DNA of 64,000 nucleotides from the human T2T-CHM13v2.0 reference genome, Homo sapiens, in NCBI RefSeq assembly GCF_009914755.1, contig NC_060942.1, one strand, 5' to 3'. Shown here piece after piece: positions 13,173-27,669 of the stretch. The notes under the pieces are model-generated. The model saw nothing but the letters and a program-made list of their open reading frames with translations, was not told the origin of the DNA and did no database searches. The position numbers and the translations under genes were made by a program. The stretch's first letter is position 1. Each line of letters opens with the position of its first letter.

Positions 13173-15479
13173 TCCCATTAATTCATTCAGTGAACTTTCC
13201 TGGGCAATGGTTAAATATCATGAGACTAGGTGCTGGTGGGAGATATAATAAATAAAAGGTAGTCTCTTGTCTTCATGGAAACTCGTAGTTTGGGTGGTGA
13301 CACAGACAAGTCCACTGACTCTAATGACACAGTGTGACAGGGGCTAAGAGTAAATGCTGGGTGCTATGGGAACAAACAGGAAGGGGCCTAATTCAGCTTT
13401 CGGGAGCTGCCATGTGTCTACATGAGACATGAAGGGTGGGAGGGAGGCACTTTAGCTGGAGAGCAGAGAAAAGGTGCTGTGGGCAAATGGACCAGCACAC
13501 GCACAACACGCCAGAGCCAGGAAGGGCTTTCCATGGATAAAAAGGGAGGAAATATCTGTACCTTAACAAACAAACAGAAAAAAAAGAAAGGAGAAAAAAA
13601 GCCTCTTCTTTGACTCTTTTTGTATAATTCTGAATGCATAAATGTCCCAGACTTTATTTCCTAGCACAGGTAAAAATTACAACATGTTATATATTTGCCA
13701 AACCACTCTCATCTCTCTTTTAGCAGTAAATGTGATTACACAGTACTGAGGCTTAAAAGTACTTATTAAATGGCTGATTTCAAGCTTCTCCTTTATCTTG
13801 GCTCACTAGGAAAAGTCATGGAGAAGTGAGTAATGACCTAAATAATCTAAACAAAAGGAAGAGAGATAGTCCGGATTACCTGGGACATGGAAAACCCTCC
13901 TTTCTCTCATCAGCTTCCCACCCCACCTCTGCCCAGCGCTAATCATGATTTAATAGCCTTCCTTAATCACTTACTCTGTTTGCTGCTTCATCTAAAAACT
14001 TAAGATGCTCTGGGTTAGATCACAGTCTAACTCATCACAAATGGATAGAACGACCTGGTAGTTTTCCAGATTTCCATTGTCCAAACTAATCAGCCAACAC
14101 ACTCAATGATGCACATTATTTTCCACGTATATGGCCTTAGAGATGGGACTAAAAGTCCCGACTGTACTGAGGATGTTTGACAGGTTTTGCCATTCTAACT
14201 GCTAGTGCTGTGTAATGTGGCTAGGAAGAAGCAAGGAACAGAGAGATACAGATATGATTTCCTGGGACCAGCTATAGGAGAGATTCTTCAATTACATCAT
14301 CTTTGCTCATCCCAAACACCTTGACAAGTAGCATTATTACTGCCATTTTGCAGATAAGAAATCAGAAGCTCTAAGAGGCTATGATTCACACCTGGGTATG
14401 GAGCCATGCAGAAGACATAGCATGACCCCTGGCACAGTAGCAAGCACTTACTGAACATTCACAATTGTATTAAAAATGGTAGGATCAAGGCTTGAACTTG
14501 GACTGTCTGGCCCTGACACCCATCTCATTCCAATACACACTGTGCTTTCTCAGGAAACTGCTACATGCTGGGAGAGAGGTGGGAGGAATGACCAGTTGGA
14601 GGGAATTCACTTGGAGTCTTTCTTTTCCTGGGTCAGTCTGTGGGCCACACAGCAGAGGGAAGACCTGATGATCCACAGACTCCACGTCTGCCTCTGTTCT
14701 GAAACCAAATGGCCGTGTTTGCCTCACGTGTCTTTTAAAGAAGGTTTCCCTGGCTGTTTTCTAGAAAAGGGCTTATGTAGTTTTGTGATTCTGAATCACG
14801 ACACCTTCTACCTATGGTCTCTGAAAGGTGCATGGGGAACTTACTGTGTCTGCAAGTCTGGAGGATTCAGGCAAAAATCCTGCCCTTACCCTAAACCAGA
14901 TATGTTTAGGCCCAACATCCTATAAAGTAGGGTGAGGTGGTAGTGCTGCCTCTGTGCTTAATTTCTACAGGGCAGTATTTTTATAGAGCTATATAAACAA
15001 CAGTGACCACAGTGAATGTGCTGCAGAGAAAAAAGGGAATTAGTTGGCCGATCCCTGGGTGAAGTATGTTGTATCTCTGGAGATCTTGTGTTTTGCTTAT
15101 TCTCTGTCAATATAGTTTTCCTGTGTGCTGACTCCAGGGTTTCCATAAAGCCTCCAAGAGATAGGACGAAAGAAAAAAAAATAGAGGAAGAAGGAGTAGC
15201 TAGAAATAGGTAGAAAAAAGCAACAAGGGAAAAAAAACTTTATAACTCTCAGAGAGGACGCTGATTATTGCTGAAATGAGTCAAAAGGAATTACTATGTC
15301 CCCCCTTTCAGATCTCATAGCTGTAAGTTTAAGATACAGAGATGAAGTTTATCATGTTGTTATTTTGCATCTGAGTTGTATGAATGAAATACTTCGTATT
15401 TGCAAATATGAGTTTTCTCATGCTTAAATTAATGAAGGAACACTTGTTATTTGGAAGAAAAAAAAGAAAGCATGCTTAC

Positions 15480-15602
15480 CTTTATATCCCAAAATGGCTA
15501 CTGTGATTGTTAGCAAGGCACACAAAATGTATAATAATATGATAGAAAACTTCAGTGCCCAGTTATTTTTACATTTGGTACATTGTGTTCCTTCCTGAAT
15601 AC
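15480..15602 (-). CDS. COLEC12: COLEC12 coding exon (exon 3): cytoplasmic segment plus type II transmembrane helix
   Basis: Minus strand TCTTACAG|GTATTCAGGAAG ... GGATATAAAG|GTAAGC. 123 bp, phase 1-1. Hydrophobic FSIILLYILCALLTITVAILGY. Confidence 0.97.
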
Positions 15603-15927
15603 CTGTAAGAGAAGTCAAATTTTAATAACAGTAAGCAAAGATGTCATTTTAAAATTTATCTTTTTGCATTTAGGTTCAAATATTGGGACTAAGAATAATT
15701 TTTACAAATGCCTTACTATACTATGAGAACTATTTTGACAGTAAACACACTGCTTGAGCAACATAAGCACTTCAATATTACCATTCTATTGTTATAGCTG
15801 TATTTAATATGACTTAAAAATAGCACATAACTTTGTTTCATAGAATACAGTCATGCATCAGTTAATGGGGATACATTCTGAGAATGGCATCATTAGGCAA
15901 TTTCATCACTGTGTGAACATCCTGGAG

Positions 15928-16272
15928 CAGGGATCCCTAATTCCCGGGCCATGGACTGGTACCAGTCTGGTGGCCTGTTAGGAACCGGCTGCACAGCAGG
16001 AGTTGAGTGGCAGGTGAGCCAGCATGACCACCTGAGCTCTGTCTCCTGTCAGATCAGTGGCAGCATTAGATTCTCTTAGGAGCGTGAACCCTATTGTGAA
16101 CTGCACATGCGAGGGATCTAGGTTGCATGCTCCTTATGAGAATCTGACTAATGCCTGATGATCTCAGGTGGAGCAGTTTCATCCTGAAACCATCTCCCGC
16201 CCCCTGTCCATCCATGGAAAAATTATCTTCCATGAAACTGGTCCCTGGTTCCAAAAAGGTAGGGGACCACTG
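15928..16272 (+). mobile_element. MER1B (hAT-Charlie MITE)
   Basis: cagggatccc...ggggaccactg. 8-bp TSD tcctggag (15920-15927) / tcctagag (16273-16280). Confidence 0.9.
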
Positions 16273-16310
16273 TCCTAGAGTGTACTTACACAGTCCTAGA
16301 TGGTATAGAC

Positions 16311-16806
16311 CAGCGGTCCCCATCTTCTTCCCCAATTTTTCCATGGACCAGAGTAGGGGTAGGGATGGTTTCGGGATGATTCAAATGCATTCCATTTATT
16401 GTGTACTTTATCTCTATTATTATTACATTGTAATATATAATGAAATAATTATACAACTCACCATAATGTAGAAACAGTGGGAGCCCTGAGCTTGTTTTCC
16501 TGGAAATAGATGGTCCCGTATGGGTGCGATGGGAGACAGTGACAGATCACAGGCATTAGATTCTTATAAGGAGCGCACAACCTAGATCCCTCACATGCAC
16601 AGTTCACAACAGGATTCGCGCTTCTTTGAGAATCTAATGCTGCCACTGATCTGACAGGAGGCGGAGCTCAGGTGGTCATGCAAGTGATGGGAAATGGATG
16701 TAAATACAGATGATGCTTCACTCACTCGCCCACTGCTCACCTCCTGCTATGCAGTCCAGTTCCTAACAGGTAACTGGTCCATGGCCCTGGGGGTTGGGGA
16801 CCTCTG
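16311..16806 (-). mobile_element. MER1A (hAT-Charlie MITE)
   Basis: cagcggtcccc...ggggacctctg. Perfect 8-bp TSD gtatagac at 16303-16310 and 16807-16814. Confidence 0.9.
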
Positions 16807-17213
16807 GTATAGACTACTACACACCTAGGCTACATGGTATGGCCTGTTGCTCCTAGGCTCAAACCTGTACAGCATGTTACTGTACTGACAGGCAACTTTA
16901 TTTCTGGCAACTTTAACACAATGGTAAGTATTTGTGTATCTAAACATAGAAAAGGTACAATAAAAATACAGTTTTATAATCTTATGGGACTGCCATCATC
17001 TATGCAGTCCATTGTTGACTGAAACGTTACGTGGCACATGACTGTAGTTTCAAATCAAATTCCATTATGATAATTACGATGATAATTTCAATAAAAATCT
17101 CTGTATGACAAAATATTTAAACATTCAAATTTACTTATTTCAGACACTGTTAGGCCTACAGCAATTCAAATACAACAAAAAAATCCTATTGATTGGTCCC
17201 TTGATGTTTGTTT

Positions 17214-17418
17214 CAGTGGCATGCTGAAGTTGGTTCCTACTGGCTTGTAAGAGCCAACTGTTAAATTTGTAAGAACTTTGAGAGCTGGTTGTGAAACTGT
17301 TGGTAGCTTGAAATCAGCCCTGCAGGGAGTATTTACACCATAGAAATTGGCAAACACCGCGAATTAGGATGGCCCCCATTCCCTGGCCGCAAACAACTAG
17401 TTTACCGGCATGCCACTG
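17214..17418. mobile_element. MER63A-like hAT MITE
   Basis: TIRs cagtggcatgc...gcatgccactg. Internal ttggtagcttgaaatcagcc...gagtatttacacca. Confidence 0.75.
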
Positions 17419-18151
17419 GTTGTAATGTATTATAACCTATGGCAGAAAATACAAGTAATCTTATAATTAACTGCCCAATATATAACAAATTTTGCATATT
17501 ACATGTATACAAGAAACAGACAGTGACCCTTATATTAGTTATCACAGCGATTTGAATAATGACTGTAGAACAAATAGAAAAACCAGACACTTTTGATGAG
17601 AGGAGGTAAATTTTTACTGCTAAAAGGTCGTTTTTGAAAAACATTCTTGTCTGAGTGGTCAACCAGCATCAATGCTGCAAGTGACTCCAGAAACCTTTAA
17701 AAAGAGAATTTCCATCTGATAGATTAGAAACACACACAAGACAAAGACTGTGGATGTTTTAATGTGAAAATCACATTGTAAGGAATATCAGGAGATTCCC
17801 TGTTTTCCTGACCTGTTTCCCTATGTGTGTCTTACTAATAGCGTCCCCCAGGAGCAACAGCACATAAAGGACTGATCTATAACTGTGCTCAATAACTTTT
17901 GATGGGTAAGTCATGAGGATTAAGCCACAGTTGAAGTTTCTCTCCTTTGGTTTGTAATTTTACGCATAGTGCCCTTCTTCAGTGAAAAGAGTTCTTCAGC
18001 TGTGTTTAATGCAAAATGATGAGAGAAACAGCATATAACAATGACTTAAATTTAGCTTTCAGGGCTCAACCAATCCCTCTGGTGTTCAGCACATCCCTCT
18101 GGCTGTAGACACAAAGGGAGGAGGTGCATCTGTCAATTTCATGACTTAGAG

Positions 18152-18805
<654 letters not shown>

Positions 18806-21800
18806 TTTAGTTTAGAAGCTGGTCATGATGGATTGACCTTTGGTTAACCAATCCCTTGAAGGTGAAGCTTGTAAAATTAGACTCACTGATCAAACAGACC
18901 TAGAGTAAATAAACTTGTTTATTATAATTTTTCCATTTTTCCCCTCCCCTTCCTTTCTGTCTTACTTCCTTATAGCCACCTGTATGTCTCAGCACCGTCT
19001 CTTATGTCTAAAACTGACTTCAGTTCTAGCCCTGCCAAACCAGATCTCCAACTTCCACCCAACTTTTCTTATTGTACTCAACTCAACTACTATTTCTATC
19101 CCAATCCCTCAGGTGGTTAAACTCAAAGACACCATCATTTCTTCTCTTGTACTTATTCTCCAATTCAGTCACAGGCCTTGTGGGCTATTTTTCATCATGA
19201 TCATCATCATCTACAGCTTATTGATGTTCACTTACTGCCTACAGTGTGCCAGGTTCTGAGCTAGATCCCTTACACACAGCATCTCTAATCCATAAAAGGA
19301 CTGCAAGGGGGCATCTTGGTGAGAGCTGAACTGACACTCTATACAATGTTGCAGTCAGGACTCCAACCTGTGTCAGACTCTAGATGCCACGATCTCTCCA
19401 CTAGGCCATGGTCCCTCTCTCTAGTCATCGTTTCCTCTCCATTTCCCCTGCCACCACCCTAGTGTGAGATCTTTTCATCTCAGTGGAAGCTTCCTCTTCC
19501 ATTCCCACTGGAATCTAGCCTCACCCTTTATTAAAATACCACTGTCCTCATGACATTTGCTAAAAAGGAAAAAAACAAAACAACAAGCTTTCAAGAAGGC
19601 ACTCTTAACTAAAGGATGCGCGCATGAACACACACACCCACACTCTCCCCAGCCCACCACACACACGGACCAGCGCATAAGCTCTCTGTAATCTGATGGT
19701 ATAAAATGAAAAAAGACTCTTTACATCCAATAAGGGTGAAAATATTTTTGAAATTTAGAGAAAGGAACATATAGGTAGACCCACAGACACGCCACATTCC
19801 ATGCTGAGAAACCATGAACTTGCTTTGGTGGCAACTGTGAAGCACAGAAGGGCGACAGACACGGGGTGCTGGCCTGACCTCCCGCTGAAGGACTGGGTGG
19901 CACTCCCATGGCTGATGGGCGGGTTTATTCCTTTTGGATTTTTGGACCATGCTGGGTGAGCTTCTTATGCCTCTTCAGGATGATTTCTTACATTCCACTA
20001 AGAGAGCCTCAGAAGATTTGGTTAGAGCAGAGATTATAGTAGATGACACAATCTGGGAGCTAGAAGGTTGTGCAGAGGTCAAGCGTCATTGTGTCATTGA
20101 TGGGAAAAGAGAGGCCCAGAGAGGGGAAGCAGGATCAGAAGCCACAGGTCCTGACTCCAGCACACTCATCTTTCCCTCCCATCCTTCCCCGTGAGCTAGC
20201 CCTGTGGCCGCCAGGCATCTGGTGCATGTGGTATTCGTGCAGATCCAAGCCCGGACAGCTGTCACTGGTTCACATTCCAAAGAGCTGGGGCACTTCCTCA
20301 CCGTGTGCATTTCTCACTGCTGACTCTATCAGCATTTAATCAATATCAGATGGCACTGCCTGGCCTCCCTTTCCACTTGACACGCTTTCTCTGTCTTGTT
20401 TTCCCCCTCCCCTGACTTCTTTTTAATAAGAATTCTGTTTTATCTTCCTCTCTGCCCTCCGCTGGGAGGACATCTGGCCAAACACACGGATGCCTACTAC
20501 AAAGGGACCCTGCTGGCTCCTGTAGCTGGGGCACCCCCTCCTCCTTGAACCTAGATGGTTACAAAATAACATTCAAGAGAGATATCCCCCTGTTACCAGC
20601 CTTTGTAGTGTTTGTTTTCTTAGCATTACTTTCCAGAGCCTGGGGACTTTGTTCCCATGGCGGGGTGGGGGTGGGCAGGGAAGGAAGGGCTGGGGACTGA
20701 TATACAGAGTGCTGCAGAGGAGAGATTTCAGTTCAGGAAGTGAAGCAGTGCTGCCCCTCACCATTAAGAGATCCAGCGTGCCAAAGAACCTGGCGCCAAT
20801 AGCACATTTGAAATTCAGAGGCCTACAGGCAGCAAGGACCTGAAGGGTGCATGCCTTTCCGCTGCTTTTCCCTCTTGAACTATCTCCCGCTGAACTCCAC
20901 TCTTGGCTCATGTTTTGAATGTATTTTCCAGTGTCCGAGTCTTTGTTATACAAAAAAGTGTGGGGGCCCAGTGAAGCCAAAATCGCTCTGGTTAACTCCT
21001 TGAGTATTCCATGGAAGTTCAGAATAGGCTGACAATTTGGTCCCCAGTGCCCAAACTCAAAGTCCCCTGGGCTGCCCTGGTTCCAACAACACATTTCAAG
21101 TAAGAAGCTGGCAGGGGGGGAATGGGGGCTGCTGATCAGTGAGCCGTTTGCTGGTTGGGGGAATAATTGAAACGCTCCAGGAATGACAGTGCAAAGGGCC
21201 AGAAGAATTCACCAGCAAAGAGAATTCCTTTCTGCTGTGGTTCTCCATAAAGAGCCCTCCCAAGTGCTGTGGTCCAGTCTCAATCCAGTCTGTTTTTCCG
21301 ATCTTTTTGCAGAAAAAAAAAGAGTCTCCTTCACTCTCATATTTTTTTGCCATGTATATCACTGAAGGTGGGCTTGTGTGTTAAAATGGATACATTGCAG
21401 ATCCATCCCCTTCCTTGGTAGGTGGAGGCCGGCACTGTGGGTGAGTGTGGGACACTTCTGGGCTATTTTCATGATCACAAGTGTCTATAGCTCAGTGGTG
21501 TTGCCATAAAGATCATGTTACCAAAGAGAAGCTTTAAAAAGGGTCAATTGCAAAATCCAGAAAACCACAAGTTTTGATCTGAGATTCGCAGTGAACTTTT
21601 CATGTGGTTTTTTTACAGTTATTAATCTACTGCCTGGTGGTATAGATTCCCATAAACCCATAAGAATGATTTGGCTCTAACAGTAAAACGGATGATTCAA
21701 ATAAATTCCTATAATTAAAATGGCCCCAAAAGCAACAAAACAATAAGAGTTAACAACCCGGTTAGTTGCTTGAATGTTACGCAATATCACTGGAACAAAA

Positions 21801-22849
21801 GTTAAATACATAAAACACTTTATCCACCGAAATAACTAGCTTTTCCTTATGATGAAGGCTATTTACTAAATGATGAAATATGGAATTAGTAAAAAAAATT
21901 TTTTTTATTAGTGAGTAATTTAGTTCCCCAAATACAAATCCCAGCCCTGGACACCTTACTATGCCAAGTTTCCTAACGATGTGGATAGCCATGAAAACGG
22001 AAGCAGGACAAGAATTGGAAATGAAATCACTTTCTGTGCAAAATAAGTGAAGCCTCACAGCAGCTCTGTATTCATAAAGATGTGTTCAAACCGGAAAAGT
22101 TACTTAGAAGAGAGTTTTATGACAGCATGAACTCTTCGACGTTCATGCTGAACTTACATTCAAATTCTGTGCATTTACCAAGGGTATAGTTTGTTTTCAT
22201 TGAAATTTTTTCATGTGTATAAAAAGAAAAGGCAGTCAGTTCTGGTTTGGTTTTATTGTTTTTTTTAAGATTATGCATTATTTATTTAAAATTTATAATT
22301 TATACCCTGCCTACTAAAAAAGAATTGTCGTAGGCAAAAGCCAGATGTAACGGTCCCACTCAGAGTATGCAGTGTCTGCCAGAATATATAGTGTCTCAAA
22401 AGAACGCCATTATTTTCTCTTTGTGGTTTTTATAAGAAATCCTTTATTAGATGAACTGTCCACAAATGCTTTCAATTCCAAGGAGAGGAATCCTTGCTCA
22501 CTGGGGAGCTCAACCATCACATCTCTTACAGTTGTCTCTCCTAGCTGGCCCCTTCCTCTTGGCTCTATTCCTATACATTTTATTCTATGGGCACAGAGTG
22601 AACTGTCAACATTTCAGCAGCCTGACTACTTCATTATCTGGCACTACCATACAATGTCCTTCTGGGATTAAGTGCTGAATCTTTTCATTAAAAGGACTCA
22701 TGAAAATGCAGCTCTAGCTTGGGTCATCAATCTGCTGTAGAATTGAGCCAGACACTGACTCTGACAGGTAATTGAGGAAGGCCATGAGACATTTCTTGAG
22801 TGGGTGAGAGTTTGCTATTGCTGTGAATGTGAAGAGGAATTGCTGAGGA

Positions 22850-23040
22850 TGAAGGCTATTACTGAGGACCTGATATGGGCCAGGAACCCTCTCCTGGTTA
22901 CTTATAATGTCTTTAACAACCCTGCAGAGTAGGAATTCTGACCCTAATTTTACAGATTTTAGGAAAGTGGGGAGGTCAAAGAGGGTGAGTACCCAAGCCA
23001 GTGAGTAGCTGAGCTGGGAGTTGAACCCAAATCTTTTGTG
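22850..23040 (-). mobile_element. MIR SINE
   Basis: aacaaccctgcagagtagg...ttttacagat...gagctgggagttgaacccaa. Confidence 0.65.
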
Positions 23041-25887
23041 TGTTGCTTCTCCAAGCTTATTCATCTCCAGAAGTGAAAAACAAAACAAAGCAAGATAAAG
23101 GATGCCCAACGAGATAATCTAGAAAACGGACCAGTTAGACATACCAGTAGAAGTATTCTGTCAAAATAAAGGGGTGCGGAAACATCCTTTCACATGTTGA
23201 TAGATAAGCCTTTCTCAGAAATAAGCAATAAAATGTAGTCTCCGGTGGGTTAACTAACTTACAGGCCTGATGCTTCTGCCGGCTATAATTTCTCCTTTAT
23301 TAGACTGTGGTGACATACTTAAGCAGCAAGTAAATTCTGCCCTAAATAAATGCTCATTCTCTCTAGGAGAGGTCAAGAGTGGCTTGAAGGTTTGGCTGGT
23401 AAGGCATGTTAGCCCCTCAGGGGAATATCTCCCAATGCTGAGGGAGTTTTTGGAGTGAGATGGGCCAGGGAAAGAAGGTACCTTTATAATTTCAAAGCAA
23501 ACTATGGGATATGCAGGAGCCTTGATCAGTTTAAGCTTGAAACCAAATAAATTGGTCACCCCATGGTTTTCTTTTGAAGTTCTAGTATGCTTGAAATGAA
23601 CCCCAAAAGCCAGTCTTCAATGGCTCCTTCATCTACAGAGCCAAAAAACTGCTTGTGGCTCAAGCTTGCAGGAGCTGGGCAAGGTAAGACAGAGGCAAGG
23701 AAGAAGGTGACAGGAGGGTTTATCAGATGGCGATTAAAAAATTTATTTACCTCTAGCCTCTTAGCCTCCCTCTAAAAAAAAATTATCTGGAATACACTGG
23801 CAAAAAATATTTTTTTCTTACCAATACCTCCTTGACCCTGTGGTTCAGGAATCCACAGTGATTCTCCAGTTGCTCCCGCACCCTCTGACCATGTTGGCAC
23901 TCAGAATCTTGAGGCCGGGAGGGGCGCTGGCTGTCATCTTGGCTAATATGCATCTCACCAGTGAAGAAACTGAGGCCCAAGGAACTCCACTCCTCTCTCC
24001 TACTCCCCCCACCCCAAGTTTATACACAGCCAGGCTGGCTTTAGGGCTCGGGTTTTCTACCTTCCAGCTGGAGTTCCTTCGACCCCAGAATTCTGCCCAC
24101 ATCACCACATTCCATTCTTGCTACATCCTGTTTATTCATTTCTTCAAGGTGTAAGTAGCAGGCAGTAGTTATACTGGTGAACACAACAGACAAAAATCTA
24201 TCTCTGCCTTCTGGAACTTATATTCCAGTGGGAGGATGTCTTCATATGACAGAAGGTGATGAATGCTATAGTAAAAACAAGGCAAGCACTGAGCGAAGGG
24301 CATGTAGCGGGGGACGTAGATGTCAATTTTAAGTATGGTGTGTCTGGAGCCCTCTCCGCAGAGTAACATTTGAGCAAGAGTTTGAGGGAGCATGGGAAGG
24401 ACCCCAGGCACCTGCATAGCTATGGTCTCTGACAGGGCTCTGCTCATTTCCCCTCTGGGCTGTGAGATTTGCCCTTCTCTTCCCTGAAACGCTCTTCCCT
24501 ACTAACTAACTTCCTTTGTGCTTACTCACAGATTTCCTCCTCAATGCACCCTTTCCTAATTTGCCTTGAATCCCTAAGCACCTGTGTAGTTGATACTGCA
24601 CACATCCACACTCCCCATGATCTTCATAGCTACCTCCTTGTACAGGCATGAGGGTTTTGTTTTTCTGCTGTGTTGCGTTTGCATTTCCCTAAGCAAAGGA
24701 GCACCCGCTAGTACTCGGCACATCCTGCGGCTTAACAAAGGCATGACTGGAGTACAGATCCGGGCAGTGGGAAGTGGGCCCTCGCTTCCAGGAGCAATCT
24801 CCCTGCCCCCAAATTGGAATCTGCTGTCAGGTGCAAGGGATTTCACAATCTCCTCTCCCACCTTTGTCTCCAGTCTTCTAGGTGATTTGCTGATCTCACT
24901 GTCCTGTGGGCCGGGGTATGGATGTCCTGGGAGAGGGGCACAGCTCAGGGGCCTGACAGTTAAAACACTGACACTGATGAGAGCCCTTTCCTCCCACACA
25001 GCCAAGGCTGATGCCACAGGGAGCCGCAGCCTCAAACCCGCTGGAGGTAGAGGGTGGAATGAAGGTTATGATGAAAGGAATGCAAAACATGCCTTCAGAC
25101 CCCTGCCCAGACTGAAGTGAGTCCCAAGACCCTACAGCATTTCTCCATTTTGTGGGTCTCGGCACTTTCAAAACTCCATGTGATAGGGCCAAGATGAGAA
25201 CTGTAAACCTGCAATCCAACACTTGCCTTGAGTGTGGCTGCTTTACAAAGTGTCATTTGGGGGCAGCTGAAGGACTAATATAATGACGAGGGGGAACAGC
25301 GCTGAGCAGGACAAATCTCAGTTAATGACAAGATATTTGCTGTTTGTCAACGACACAGTGTCGGGGCATGTGAAAATTATGCTGCTGAGCAGGTGCTGGC
25401 AAAGACATGCCTACATCCACTCTCCCTCACATACCGATTTGATTTTTTTTTTAACCACCAAAACTAGTGTTTTGATGGGGAAAAAAAGTGGACTTCAATG
25501 TAAATGAAAACATCAATCAACCTGACAGACATTCCTCGTTCCTCAAAAACATGTGTTTTTTACTTTCTTCAAGTGAAGATGATAGTCGAAGACACTTAAA
25601 ATTAAGGGAACGAAGCCAAGACAGAGCAGGAGACTTCACCACTGCTGTTTTAAAACAGTCATTCTGTTCCACATTGAATGTGGCCTCAGTCTTGAACCTA
25701 ATGAGAAATGAGTCAATCGACTTGAAATGATCCAAATGAGGAAAAGTTGGCAAAACAAGGAGGGAACTGGGAGGGACCTATTTTAATAGAGTATTGGCCC
25801 ACGACGCCTGTGAGGGGAGAGTGGCCCCAGACGGAATGACGACCATCCCTGTCACTAGCCACATACTTGTTATTAAAACTGGACAAA

Positions 25888-26030
25888 GGCCTGGTGTCGT
25901 GGCCCATGCCTGTAATCCCAGCACTTTGGGAGGGTGAGGCAAGAGGATCCCTGAGGCCACGAGTTCAAGACTGGCCAGGGCAACACAGTGAGATGCTGTC
26001 TCTACCAAAACAAAACAAAACAAAACAAAA
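25888..26030 (+). mobile_element. Alu monomer (FLAM-like) with (CAAAA)n tail
   Basis: TSD aaaact(g/a)gacaaa at 25875-25887 and 26027-26039. Confidence 0.85.
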
Positions 26031-26371
26031 CTAGACAAAGGGGGATGGGGAGAGAAATATTTTCATGGGGCAGACAGCTATACTTTTGGAAGTCAAAGCA
26101 ATGAAACTGGAAATAAAAATGAAAAACCATTAAACAAAAAGTCAGAAGGCATGCAATGAATTATGGCATATAAAATAAATGGGAACATGTAGGCTTATTT
26201 AATTTTCCATGCCTTTATATGGAGTTTAGAAATGACAGTTAAATTTAGAAAATTGTTTAAAACTGAAATAACTAGATGGGAACATACGTTTGTACACACA
26301 CACACAAAGTGACTTTCTTCAGACACTAGAGATGTTTGTAGAAAAGGATTTCTAAAGCAAAATTCAAAATC

Positions 26372-26995
<624 letters not shown>

Positions 26996-27019
26996 TCACA
27001 ATTTCCCATGGGTTTATCA

Positions 27020-27225
27020 TGGGCGTGACTGGAGCCAGCTTATACTGACTGGTGACCCCCAATTGTTGTTATCTCTTCACAACTCTATGTTCAGTGACTT
27101 TATATTGGTAGCATGAAATTGGTCATGCTGGAAGTATCCACACCATTGAAATCAGCAAAAAGCTCCAAATCAGGGCTTTTGCCTTCTGGAGAGCCGGCTG
27201 TTAAACATTTGCCAGCATTCCACTC
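27020..27225. mobile_element. MER63-like hAT MITE
   Basis: ctggagccagcttatactg...ggagagccggctgttaaacatttgccagcattccact, similar to the element at 17214. Confidence 0.7.
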
Positions 27226-27259
27226 AGCGCCCTTACCATTTGCCAGCCTACCACTCAAT

Positions 27260-27357
27260 GCACATACCACTTAATGCAACTGATCCATTGCATTTAAACA
27301 AGTAAAGAGCACATACCACTTAATGCAACTGATCCATTGCATTTAAACAAGTAAAGA
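27260..27357. repeat. Perfect 49-bp tandem duplication
   Basis: gcacataccacttaatgcaactgatccattgcatttaaacaagtaaaga at 27260-27308 and 27309-27357. Confidence 0.95.
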
Positions 27358-27465
27358 ACTAATCTGTCCATATAGACTAATTACTTGAGAAGTTCAGGAT
27401 CACTGGCACCACCAAGCTTGGACATGAAGCATCGTTCCTTTCCTTCCCCGGAGGTGATACAGATC

Positions 27466-27669
27466 TTTTTTTTTTTTATTTTTTTTTATTTTTATTTTTA
27501 TTTTTATTTTTATTTTTTTTTGGAATAATGTTTTTTTTTTTATTATACTTTAAGTTTTAGGGTACATGTGCACATTGTGCAGGTTAGTTACATATGTATA
27601 CATGTGCCATGCTGGTGCGCTGCACCCACTAACGTGTCATCTAGCATTAGGTATATCTCCCAATGCTAT
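27466..27669 (-). mobile_element. Very young 5'-truncated L1 (L1HS-like, ACG/A type) with long A-rich tail
   Basis: Sense reading CCTAATGCTAGATGACACGTTAGTGGGTGCAGCGCACC (ACG at 27633-27635) and CCCTAAAACTTAAAGTATAAT. Tail spans 27466-27541. Confidence 0.92.

Larger units (their letters stand above)
15848..17044. mobile_element. Tigger3a (TcMar) non-autonomous DNA transposon, split by two MER1 insertions
   Basis: TA|cagtcatg ... catgactg|TA termini. Tigger3a-like pieces at 15848-15927, 16273-16310 and 16807-17044. Confidence 0.88.

Noticed and set aside
24574-25222. Overlapping 108-176 aa ORFs
   Set aside because: No recognisable domain or splice context. Expected by chance in GC-richer intron.
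27260-27357. CRISPR-like direct repeats
   Set aside because: Only two adjacent copies with no spacers, in human DNA. The internal repeats at about 63230-63400 are part of the MER11 LTR.
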